Assembly: GCA_000806155.1 (NCBI GenBank)
Contig: JWKX01000007.1
Location: forward strand, 5,097-69,096
Source: an archaeon GW2011_AR18
GTDB taxonomy: Archaea; Nanobdellota; Nanobdellia; SCGC-AAA011-G17; GW2011-AR18
Reading direction: 5' to 3'
Length of the DNA: 64,000 bases
Positions 37,554 through 45,899 of this stretch are shown here, piece by piece. Made by a program: the position numbers and the translations under genes. The number at the start of each line of letters is the position of its first letter. The first letter of the stretch is position 1. The notes under the pieces are model-generated. The model did no database searches and was not told the origin of the DNA. It saw only the letters and a list, made by a program, of their open reading frames with translations.

Positions 37554-37615
37554 TTCTGTCTAAAATAATCATAACCTTTTTTTCTGATAAATCTTTATAA
37601 ATACTAATCTTAATT

Positions 37616-37663
37616 TTACTATATCTTGTGTTTGAACCAATATGAAATCACAATATATGGTAT
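37616..37663. promoter_or_regulatory. Tandem NrdR boxes
   Basis: TTACTATATCTTGTGT (37616) and TCACAATATATGGTAT (37648) match acaCwAtATaTwGtgt, 32 bp apart, just upstream of nrdR. Confidence 0.85.
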
Positions 37664-37677
37664 TATAAAGGTATAAC

Positions 37678-38127
37678 ATGAAATGTACATTTTGCAATAA
37701 TTCAGAGACTAAAGTGCTTGATTCTAGAGAGTCAGATGATCTTACTAGAAGAAGGCGTGAGTGTTTGAAATGCGAAAAACGTTTTACTACATATGAAAGA
37801 GTTGAATCAGTTCCTGTTTATATCATCAAGAAGGATGGTTCAAGAGAACTTTTTGATAGAGAGAAATTAAGGAAGGGTTTAATCAAATCTTGTGAAAAAC
37901 GTCCAGTATCAATTGATGAAATAGAAAATGTAATAAACAGGATTGAATCGAAAATGAGATTGTCTGATAGTACAGAGATTTCAAGCAAACAAGTAGGTGA
38001 AGAAGTAATGAATCAATTAAAATCTTTGGATAAAATCGCATATATCCGTTTCGCTTCTGTCTATCGTGATTTTGCTGATATTGAAGATTTTAAGAAAGAA
38101 ATAAAAATATTGAATAGGGTGGTGTGA
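37678..38127 (+). CDS. nrdR: Transcriptional repressor NrdR
   Basis: CTFC, VLDSR, RRRRECLKCEKRFTTYE and AYIRFASVY. Confidence 0.95.
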   Translation: MKCTFCNNSETKVLDSRESDDLTRRRRECLKCEKRFTTYERVESVPVYIIKKDGSRELFDREKLRKGLIKSCEKRPVSIDEIENVINRIESKMRLSDSTEISSKQVGEEVMNQLKSLDKIAYIRFASVYRDFADIEDFKKEIKILNRVV

Positions 38128-38130
38128 ATA

Positions 38131-41100
38131 ATGAGTGAGAAAAAAAATGAGGGAATTATTATAGCTGAACAGCTAAGACCTATTGAGAAGCTTGCAGTCG
38201 AAGGACCTAAAGTTAAAGTTACTGAAAATCAGCTTAAGGTTATGGCTAATAAATATTTGAGGGGAGATTCTGTTGAACTCTGGTTGAGACGTATTGCAAG
38301 GAATATTGCTTTGGCAGAGTTATTATATGATAATGGTATTACTAAAGACGAAATTTTGAAAGGTGTTTCTCATAAAATAATAAATTTAGAAAATGATGAA
38401 AAAAACAAAATAATTTTACTACAAGATCAATTAATGAATAATGATGAAAGGTGGAAAAATTTTTATATTTTTGAAGAAAATTTATCAAGAATTGCATCTC
38501 AGAATATTATTGCAACAAAATTATTAAAAGATAAGGAAGAAGAATTCTATTCTATACTATCTAATTTTGATTTCTTGCCTAACTCTCCTTGTCTGATGAA
38601 TGCTGGTAGAGAATTGCAGATGCTTCATGCTTGTTTTGTTATTCCAGTTCCAGATTCTATTGAAGGAATTTACAAGGCTGTTATGGCACAAGCTCTTATC
38701 CAGAAATCTGGTGGCGGTACTGGTTTTGCATTTTCTAGAATAAGACCTGAAAATGATGTTGTTAAATCTACTAAAGGTATTGCTTCTGGTCCTATGTCTT
38801 TTATAAAACTTTTTGATGTCTCTACAGATGTTGTTAAACAGGGTTCAACTCGTCGTGGTGCTAATATGGGTATATTATATTATAAACATCCTGATATTAG
38901 AAAATTTATTACTTCAAAATCTAAGGATAGAGGTTTTTTGCAGAATTTCAATATTTCTGTTGCTATAGATAAAGAGTTTATGGATGCTGTTGAAAATGAT
39001 GGTGAATTTGATCTTATTAATCCTAAAACTAATAAGCCTGTGGCAAGAGAAAAAGCCAGGGAGATTTGGGATTTGATAGGTAAATGTGCTTGGGAGACTG
39101 GAGATCCTGGTTTTGTTGTTATTGATAAAATTAATGAAACTAATTCAAATCCTACTCCAAATTTAGGACAGATAGAAAGTACTAATCCTTGTGTTACTGG
39201 TGATACATTAGTTTCTACTGAATTTGGTTTAATTAGGATGGAAGATTTAGTAAATAATTATCCTGAAGGAGGATTAAATATATTAACTGATAATAGAGTT
39301 CCTTTAGAAATTAAAAATTCTAATGGTTCTGTTATGTATATGAAACAAGTAAAAATAAATGGTATTTCTTTTGATAAAATTTCTAGAGCTTTTACTACAG
39401 GTGTTAAAGAAGTTTTCAGAATAGAGACATATTGTGGATTAGAACTTGAAGCAACTGCTGATCATAAACTATTGACTCCAAAAGGTTGGGTTGCTGTTAA
39501 AGATTTAAATCCAGAAAAACATGAATTATTTATTCAACAAGATGAAGGAACTTTTAACAGGGATATTAAATTGCCTTTCAATGTCGAAAACGATTTTAAA
39601 GGAAAAAATGGTAGATGGTATAATTTAAATCTTCCTGAACAATGGTCTAAAGAACTAGGACAAATTTTAGGATGGTTAATAGGTGATGGTTGGTTAAGAA
39701 TTGGTGATAAAGATTGTCGTGTAGGTTTTACTTTCGGTAAATCAGATGAAGAAGTATTAAATTATTTAAAGCCTTTAATAAATAAATTTTATGGTAAAGA
39801 AATTAAGGAAGTTAAGAGAAAACGTAATACTAAACATCTTTCTTATCACTCTAAATATTTTGTTGATTTCTTTCATAAGTTAGGTGTTAAGCATGTTGAT
39901 GCACAATATAAAACAGTGCCAAAATCTATTTTCACTGCGAATAAGGAAGCAGTAATTGGATTTTTACAAGGATTATTCACATCTGATGGTACTGTTAATT
40001 TTAATAAAGAAAATTCAACTTCATATATTAGATTAACTTCAAAATCTGAAAGATTATTGAAAGAAGTACAATTATTGCTTTTGAATTTAGGCATAACCTC
40101 TAACATATTTGATAGATCAAGAGAATATAGAGAAGGTTTATTTGAATATGTAAATAGACATGGCGAAATTGTTACTTATAGTTCTGATGGTATTCTATTT
40201 GAATTGAACATGACTAGAGATAGTATAAAATTTATTGAGAATATTGGATTCTTGTGTGAAAAGAACAAAGAGAAATTAGATAAATTTTACACTAAAGATT
40301 TTTATTCTCCAGAATTTTCAACACTTATAAAGTCAATAACTCCTATAGGTGAAAAGAAAGTTTACGACTTAACTGAGCCTAGAACATTAAGTTTTGTTAC
40401 AAATGGTTTGTTGTCACTAGATTGTGGTGAACAGCCACTCTTACCTTGGGAACCATGTACTCTAGGAAGCATTAATTTATCTAATCATCTTAAAACAGTA
40501 GATGGAAAAACTGTTGTTGATTATGAAAAATTAAAAAGAACAGCAAGAACAGCTACTAATTTTTTAGACAATGTTGTAGATATAAGCAACTATGCATTAC
40601 CAGAAATAGAATACATTTCAAAAAGCAACAGGCGTATTGGTCTTGGTGTTATGGGTTGGGCTGAGATGCTTATTAAATTAGGTATTCCTTATGATAGTGT
40701 TGAAGCTATTACTCTAGGTGAGGAGCTTATGGCTTTCATTAATGCAACTTCTTTAGAGATGTCTGAACAGTTGGCTGAGAAGCGTGGAGTGTTCTTCAAT
40801 TGGAAAGATAGTATCTATGATGAATCTGGTAAATTTTTCAGAGGTGTTTCAGGTCATCCTAGAAATTGTGCAAGAACAACTATTGCTCCTACTGGAACTA
40901 TTGCAATTACAGCTGGATTACAAGGCAGTGGTATTGAACCGTTCTTTGCTATTGTTTACAAGAGATATCAGGCTGAAGCTGTTGATGCTTTGAAGAAGGG
41001 TGAAGAGCCAGATGAGAAATATGTTTATTACGAAACTATTCCTTTATTCGAGGAAGTCGCTAAAGCTAATAATTGGTTTGGTCTTGATAAGATCAGTTTG

Positions 41101-41886
41101 TTTAAAAAAATTGTTGACAACCATGGTTCTCTTAAGGGCTTGAAAGAAATTCCTATGAATTTACAAAAAGTATTTACTTGTGCTCAGGATACTCACTGGA
41201 AGACTCATATTGACCATCAGGCTGCTTTCCAGAAATCTGTTGATAATGCAGTTTCTAAGACTATTAACATGTCTAACTCTGTTACTGTTCAGGATATTCA
41301 GGAAGCTTACAAGTATGCATATACTGCTGGTTGTAAAGGAGTTACAGTTTACAGAGATGGTTGTAAAGAAGTTCAGGTATTGAATGCTGGTAATTCATCT
41401 AAGCAGAAAGAGACTGACTTCTCTCAGGGTGTCTCTTCTGATTATTATGAAGTACAGACTGGTTATGGAACATTGCATGTAAATATTGTTCATGACAATA
41501 AAGGTCCATCAAGGATTTTTGCATCAATACCTCCAATAGGAACTGAACTTAGTAGTTTGACTTCTGTTTTAGGTATTTTCATGTCTAAAGCTATTCAGTC
41601 TGGATATGATCCTAAGAAAGCTATAAAACACTTGAATTCAGCTAAGGGTGACAAGCCTATTGGTTTCGGTCCTAACCGTGTTGATTCAATTCCTCATGCA
41701 TTAGCTATTGCATTGAAGAGGCATCTAGAAAAAACTGGTAAATTAGCTAAAGGTGATACTAAATTAACTGAAGTCAAGGAAGTCAAGAAAGAACACTGTC
41801 CTCAATGTTATAGTTCAAATGTTCAGTACATCAGTGGTTGTTCAGAACCTACATGTAATGACTGCGGCTATAGCAAGTGCAGTTAA
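38131..41886 (+). CDS. nrdJ: Class II (AdoCbl) ribonucleotide reductase containing an intein
   Basis: FLPNSPCLMNAG, GGGTG, RRGANM, TNP/CGEQ split by the intein, TIAPTG, VSKTIN, C-terminal TSCPD-like and Zn-ribbon region. Confidence 0.95.
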   Translation: MSEKKNEGIIIAEQLRPIEKLAVEGPKVKVTENQLKVMANKYLRGDSVELWLRRIARNIALAELLYDNGITKDEILKGVSHKIINLENDEKNKIILLQDQLMNNDERWKNFYIFEENLSRIASQNIIATKLLKDKEEEFYSILSNFDFLPNSPCLMNAGRELQMLHACFVIPVPDSIEGIYKAVMAQALIQKSGGGTGFAFSRIRPENDVVKSTKGIASGPMSFIKLFDVSTDVVKQGSTRRGANMGILYYKHPDIRKFITSKSKDRGFLQNFNISVAIDKEFMDAVENDGEFDLINPKTNKPVAREKAREIWDLIGKCAWETGDPGFVVIDKINETNSNPTPNLGQIESTNPCVTGDTLVSTEFGLIRMEDLVNNYPEGGLNILTDNRVPLEIKNSNGSVMYMKQVKINGISFDKISRAFTTGVKEVFRIETYCGLELEATADHKLLTPKGWVAVKDLNPEKHELFIQQDEGTFNRDIKLPFNVENDFKGKNGRWYNLNLPEQWSKELGQILGWLIGDGWLRIGDKDCRVGFTFGKSDEEVLNYLKPLINKFYGKEIKEVKRKRNTKHLSYHSKYFVDFFHKLGVKHVDAQYKTVPKSIFTANKEAVIGFLQGLFTSDGTVNFNKENSTSYIRLTSKSERLLKEVQLLLLNLGITSNIFDRSREYREGLFEYVNRHGEIVTYSSDGILFELNMTRDSIKFIENIGFLCEKNKEKLDKFYTKDFYSPEFSTLIKSITPIGEKKVYDLTEPRTLSFVTNGLLSLDCGEQPLLPWEPCTLGSINLSNHLKTVDGKTVVDYEKLKRTARTATNFLDNVVDISNYALPEIEYISKSNRRIGLGVMGWAEMLIKLGIPYDSVEAITLGEELMAFINATSLEMSEQLAEKRGVFFNWKDSIYDESGKFFRGVSGHPRNCARTTIAPTGTIAITAGLQGSGIEPFFAIVYKRYQAEAVDALKKGEEPDEKYVYYETIPLFEEVAKANNWFGLDKISLFKKIVDNHGSLKGLKEIPMNLQKVFTCAQDTHWKTHIDHQAAFQKSVDNAVSKTINMSNSVTVQDIQEAYKYAYTAGCKGVTVYRDGCKEVQVLNAGNSSKQKETDFSQGVSSDYYEVQTGYGTLHVNIVHDNKGPSRIFASIPPIGTELSSLTSVLGIFMSKAIQSGYDPKKAIKHLNSAKGDKPIGFGPNRVDSIPHALAIALKRHLEKTGKLAKGDTKLTEVKEVKKEHCPQCYSSNVQYISGCSEPTCNDCGYSKCS
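39190..40422 (+). mobile_element. 411-aa intein with LAGLIDADG domain in nrdJ, ending in Asp
   Basis: CVTGDT N-terminus, ATADH block B, LGWLIGDG and FLQGLFTSDG, VYDL...NGLLSLD followed by Cys+1. Confidence 0.92.
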
Positions 41887-41947
41887 TTTTTTTATTATTT
41901 AGTTCTAATTGCAAAATCTTTAAATATAATAAAATAATCTTATTTTT

Positions 41948-42685
41948 ATGCTAGAATTAAATGACGATAATTTTGATAAGGAAGTTTTGAAATCTGATAA
42001 ACCTGTTGTTGTAGATTTCTGGGCTGAATGGTGTGTAGATATAGATACTGAAATACTTAGAGCTGACAATTTAATATCTAAAGCAAAGGATATAAAAAAC
42101 AATGATGTATTATTGACATTTGATGGAAAGAATATTGTGCCTGATTATGTTAAAAAATCTTTTACATCTAATATTTTAGGGCATTGTAAAGAGATAACTA
42201 CAATATCTAATAAAAAAATCAAAGTTACTGATGAGCATGAATTCTTCACCAAAGATGGTTGGAAAGCTGCTTCATATTTAAATGTAAATGATAAAGTTGC
42301 TGTATTTTCAGATGGTAAAGAATCTTGTAATGAATTGCCTAATGCATTAATATGGGATAATATTTTAGAAGTCAAAGAAATTTATCTAGAATCTGTTCAG
42401 AAGATTTCTATGCAGAATAATCATAATTTTATTGCTAATGGGTTTTTAGCTCATAATTGTGGCCCTTGTAAAGCTATGGCTCCTGTTTTTGAAGAATTAT
42501 CTAAAGAGATGAAAGATGTTAAGTTCGCTAAGATTAATGTTGATGATCATCCTGAATTAGCTTCTACTTATGGTGTTATGGGCATTCCTAACTTTGTTGT
42601 TTTTAAGGATGGTGATGTTTTAGGTAATATTGTTGGTTCTATGCCTAAATCTAGTTTTAAGGATGAAATTAAGAAATTAATTTAA
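41948..42685 (+). CDS. trxA: Thioredoxin interrupted by a mini-intein (mature about 103 aa)
   Basis: VVVDFWAEW | intein | CGPCKAMAP...KINVD...GIP. Confidence 0.92.
   Translation: MLELNDDNFDKEVLKSDKPVVVDFWAEWCVDIDTEILRADNLISKAKDIKNNDVLLTFDGKNIVPDYVKKSFTSNILGHCKEITTISNKKIKVTDEHEFFTKDGWKAASYLNVNDKVAVFSDGKESCNELPNALIWDNILEVKEIYLESVQKISMQNNHNFIANGFLAHNCGPCKAMAPVFEELSKEMKDVKFAKINVDDHPELASTYGVMGIPNFVVFKDGDVLGNIVGSMPKSSFKDEIKKLI
42032..42457 (+). mobile_element. 142-aa mini-intein without endonuclease at the thioredoxin active site
   Basis: CVDIDT, VTDEHEF (TxxH), HNFIANGFLAHN followed by Cys+1. Confidence 0.92.
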
Positions 42686-42883
42686 CAAGTCATTTAATGT
42701 TCCAATTCTTGGTTTTTTTGGTAATACTATATTTGTTTTCCTTCTTGTTATTATCTCAGGTACAATATTTATCCAGTATTCTATTCTCTCAATATATTCA
42801 TCTTTTTCTATTTCTTCTGATGGGGGATTATATTGCCTTGATGAATCTTCTCTATATATTCTTTTGTTATTGCATTCATACAT
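42677..42883 (-). CDS. Hypothetical small protein
   Basis: ATG ORF coupled to its neighbour. Confidence 0.5.
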   Translation of the reverse strand: MYECNNKRIYREDSSRQYNPPSEEIEKDEYIERIEYWINIVPEIITRRKTNIVLPKKPRIGTLNDLLN

Positions 42884-42884
42884 T

Positions 42885-43085
42885 TTAGTTTGGTATGTCT
42901 GGGGTTCTTTTGATTATCTCTTCTAATTCTTCTTCATCTATTTCAGATGGTATCCATGTAAATTGATCTGTCGGTTCTCTTATTTTTTCTGGGTTTATTT
43001 CTTTCTCCCAATCTCTTACTCTTGGTTTTTTTGCTGGTGTATAAAATGTTTCAGGCATATGATATTGTGTATAACTATTTTCCAT
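42885..43085 (-). CDS. Hypothetical small protein
   Basis: ATG ORF after a TATA-like box. Confidence 0.5.
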   Translation of the reverse strand: MENSYTQYHMPETFYTPAKKPRVRDWEKEINPEKIREPTDQFTWIPSEIDEEELEEIIKRTPDIPN

Positions 43086-43135
43086 GATTTTGTTAAATAC
43101 TAAAACTTTAAAAAGCTGTTTCTTAGGTTATTTTT

Positions 43136-44152
43136 ATGTCTGGTTTTCCATTTATTGAGGTTTCTGGTGATTATTATGATATTGGCTTTCAGATTGGTTC
43201 TAGGTTTAAAAAACAATTCAAAAAAGCTCTCTCATTTAACTTTAAGGCTCTTAAGAACAGTTCTAAAGACATTGATTATTTCATTGATTTATCATCTAAA
43301 GATCTTGTTTTCACTAAAAAATATTTTCCTCATCTTATTAATGAGATTAAAGGCATGGCTGATGGTTCTGGTGTTGATTCTGATTTATTATGGCTTCTTA
43401 ATGATGAAGATATCCTTCTTGATTCAGTTACAAAATGCACTACTATAGTCTCTAGAAGGAATGATAATATTTTTTTATATCATAATGAAGATTTTTATTC
43501 TGATTTTATTGATAATATGTATGTCTTTAAAGTTAATTTAAATAATAAAATAAAAATACTAGGTTTGAATTATGCTGGCCTAATTCTTGGTTCTTCTACA
43601 TCTTTGAACTCTTTTGGTCTGATTCAGTGTATTAATTCTGTATATCATAATAGTTTCAAAAGAGGGATTCCTAAGAATATTATTTCTCGTGCTGTTATGG
43701 AATCGAAATCATTGAATGAGGCAGTTAGAATTATAAGTAATAAAAATTCCGGTTCTGGTTACAATCATGTTCTTGTTAAGGATAATAAGATTTTTGATGT
43801 TGAATCTATTGGTAGTGATTCTAAAGTTTTTGATATAAGATCAAGTTCATATCTTCATACTAATCATTATTTATATAGTAAGTTTGATAAGGATGCAGAG
43901 AATATTCCATCATCTGTTTCACGTTATGATAATGCTTTATCACTGCTGAAATATTCTATGCCATTGGATCATGGTAAGATAATATCTGTTCTTAGTTCTC
44001 ATGATGGTTCAGGTACTATATGCAGGCATAGGTCTCGTAAGCTTCCAGAATCTACTATTGCATCTATTATTGTTGACTCTAATAATCTTAAATTATATCT
44101 CTCTAAAGGTTATAGGTGTAGGAGTAGGATTTATGATGGGTATTCAATGTAG
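43136..44152 (+). CDS. Peptidase C45 (Ntn acyltransferase/hydrolase)
   Basis: EIKGMADG, CTT nucleophile, HNED, HTNHY and S..RY. Confidence 0.85.
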   Translation: MSGFPFIEVSGDYYDIGFQIGSRFKKQFKKALSFNFKALKNSSKDIDYFIDLSSKDLVFTKKYFPHLINEIKGMADGSGVDSDLLWLLNDEDILLDSVTKCTTIVSRRNDNIFLYHNEDFYSDFIDNMYVFKVNLNNKIKILGLNYAGLILGSSTSLNSFGLIQCINSVYHNSFKRGIPKNIISRAVMESKSLNEAVRIISNKNSGSGYNHVLVKDNKIFDVESIGSDSKVFDIRSSSYLHTNHYLYSKFDKDAENIPSSVSRYDNALSLLKYSMPLDHGKIISVLSSHDGSGTICRHRSRKLPESTIASIIVDSNNLKLYLSKGYRCRSRIYDGYSM

Positions 44153-44187
44153 TTAATCTTATTAAACTTCTATTTATTCTTATTTTT

Positions 44188-44946
44188 ATGTACTTGATAA
44201 CTATTGGGGAAATTTTCCTTAAAGGTAAGAATCGTAATGTTTTTCAGAAACGTTTATTGAAGAATATTAAATCTGCTTTGAATATTGATAACTCTAAGAT
44301 TAAAGACTTGAGGAATAGGATTATGGTGCTTAGTGATGATTGTTCTAATCTTAAATATGTTTTTGGTATTAATTCTTTTTTCAAAGTTAATGAGTGTTCT
44401 TTTGATAATATTAACTTGACAGCATTGTCTTTTATTTCTGACGAAAAAACTTTTCGTATATCTGCTAGAAGATTGACTAAAGTTTACAAGCCTTCTCAGG
44501 AGATTCAGGAGGATGTTGGAGAATTTATTTTAAATAATAAAAATATAAAAGTTGATCTGCATAATCCAGATATTAATATTTTTATAGAGATTATTGGAGA
44601 CAAGGCTTATCTATATCATGGATCTGTTAAAGGTCTTGGTGGTCTTCCCGTTGGTATTTCCCCTCATGTTTATATTGATGTTAATGATGAAATAAAGTCT
44701 ACTGTTTCAGGTTTTTTGATGATGAAGCGTGGCTGTCCTTTAGTTTTGTCTAAAGATATTTCTTTATTGAAAAAATTTGAGAATGGTTTTTATTTTAAGA
44801 TTCGTGATAAGAAAGATGATGATACTATAATCAAGGATGAACTATTAAATGAAATTAAATCTTCTAATGGTTTCACTTTAAGACCTTTGGTAGGTTATTC
44901 AGAAGATGAAGTGATAAAATTATATAATAAGATTAAAGATTTATGA
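44188..44946 (+). CDS. ThiI-like THUMP protein with a degenerate PP-loop
   Basis: GEIFLKGKNR, VDLHNPD, GLGGLPVG, LMMKRGC and RPLVG; SGGxDS is absent. Confidence 0.8.
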   Translation: MYLITIGEIFLKGKNRNVFQKRLLKNIKSALNIDNSKIKDLRNRIMVLSDDCSNLKYVFGINSFFKVNECSFDNINLTALSFISDEKTFRISARRLTKVYKPSQEIQEDVGEFILNNKNIKVDLHNPDINIFIEIIGDKAYLYHGSVKGLGGLPVGISPHVYIDVNDEIKSTVSGFLMMKRGCPLVLSKDISLLKKFENGFYFKIRDKKDDDTIIKDELLNEIKSSNGFTLRPLVGYSEDEVIKLYNKIKDL

Positions 44947-45336
44947 TTATTTTACAAATTCTACATTAGGCATATTTTTGAATTCTTTATCACCAGTAAG
45001 GAATTTGAATCCTTCAATTTCTGCGATTTTATAGCCTAATGCATCAATGTAAGAAATATCATTTTTTGTATTGACAAATCTGAATTCTGCTGCTGCAAAT
45101 ATGTGCTCATCTTTTATATCTATGATATTTGTAATAAAATTATTATATTGATTAATAGCCTCATTTTCTCCATACATTTTTAATAAAAAATAATATACTT
45201 CGAATAGATTCCATTTTGTAGATGCTAATATATAGTCAAGGAATATTGCATAGTTTTTATTTCCTTTGATTATCTCTATTATCGCATAACTATCTAAAAA
45301 ATAACTTTTCTTTTCTTCTATCATTTTTTTCATCAT
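44947..45336 (-). CDS. PIN-domain toxin (VapC-like)
   Basis: FLDSYAIIE, SYIDALGY and LTGDKEF. Confidence 0.88.
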   Translation of the reverse strand: MMKKMIEEKKSYFLDSYAIIEIIKGNKNYAIFLDYILASTKWNLFEVYYFLLKMYGENEAINQYNNFITNIIDIKDEHIFAAAEFRFVNTKNDISYIDALGYKIAEIEGFKFLTGDKEFKNMPNVEFVK

Positions 45337-45541
45337 CTTTTCTTAGATCATCCTTAAATTTTTGTGTGTCTATTTTCAAATTTTTTAAGCTGCCAAATGC
45401 CTTTTTGATATTATTTTTCTTCAATACAATTATTTCTATGCTATCTCCTGCTTTTATATTTTCATTTTTTGCTATATCATTTGGTATTATTACACCTAAT
45501 GAATTTCCCCATTCCTTTACTATTGATTCCATTTTTTTCAT
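45290..45541 (-). CDS. AbrB/MazE-type antitoxin
   Basis: KEWGNSLGVIIP. Confidence 0.88.
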   Translation of the reverse strand: MKKMESIVKEWGNSLGVIIPNDIAKNENIKAGDSIEIIVLKKNNIKKAFGSLKNLKIDTQKFKDDLRKDDEKNDRRKEKLFFR

Positions 45542-45545
45542 ATAA

Positions 45546-45559
45546 TTATACTAGTATAA
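45546..45559. promoter_or_regulatory. Putative TA autorepression operator
   Basis: Perfect palindrome TTATACTAGTATAA between the TATA box and the antitoxin start. Confidence 0.5.
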
Positions 45560-45576
45560 CTAATATAAATAATCTC

Positions 45577-45792
45577 CTAAAACTCTATAACAACAACAGG
45601 ATACAAACATTCCTCTCTGTATTCATTCCATTCTCTGCATTCAGATTTTAATCCTCCAATTCCATGTTTAACATAGCTTGTTATTGGGCTCTCTACTCTT
45701 GTTGTTGCACAGTTATAGTTCCCTAATGCCAATGTTGCTGCTGTTATTCCTATTGCTAAATTTGTTACTATTTTTTCTAGTTGTTGATTCAT
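45577..45792 (-). CDS. Small secreted or lipoprotein-like protein
   Basis: Hydrophobic N-terminal segment followed by Cys; GAGGTGA RBS upstream. Confidence 0.6.
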   Translation of the reverse strand: MNQQLEKIVTNLAIGITAATLALGNYNCATTRVESPITSYVKHGIGGLKSECREWNEYREECLYPVVVIEF

Positions 45793-45850
45793 AATAAATC
45801 ACCTCAGAATATAACTAAGAATTGCTTTTAAAAAGCCTTTAGTAGAATTT

Positions 45851-45869
45851 TCCGCAAATCTTCCAATAA
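45851..45869 (+). repeat. 19-bp intergenic repeat, copy 1 (TCCGCAAATCTTCCAATAA)
   Basis: Identical copy at 59863-59881. Confidence 0.8.
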
Positions 45870-45899
45870 ACTTAAAAATCTTTCATTAATCCTTATTAC

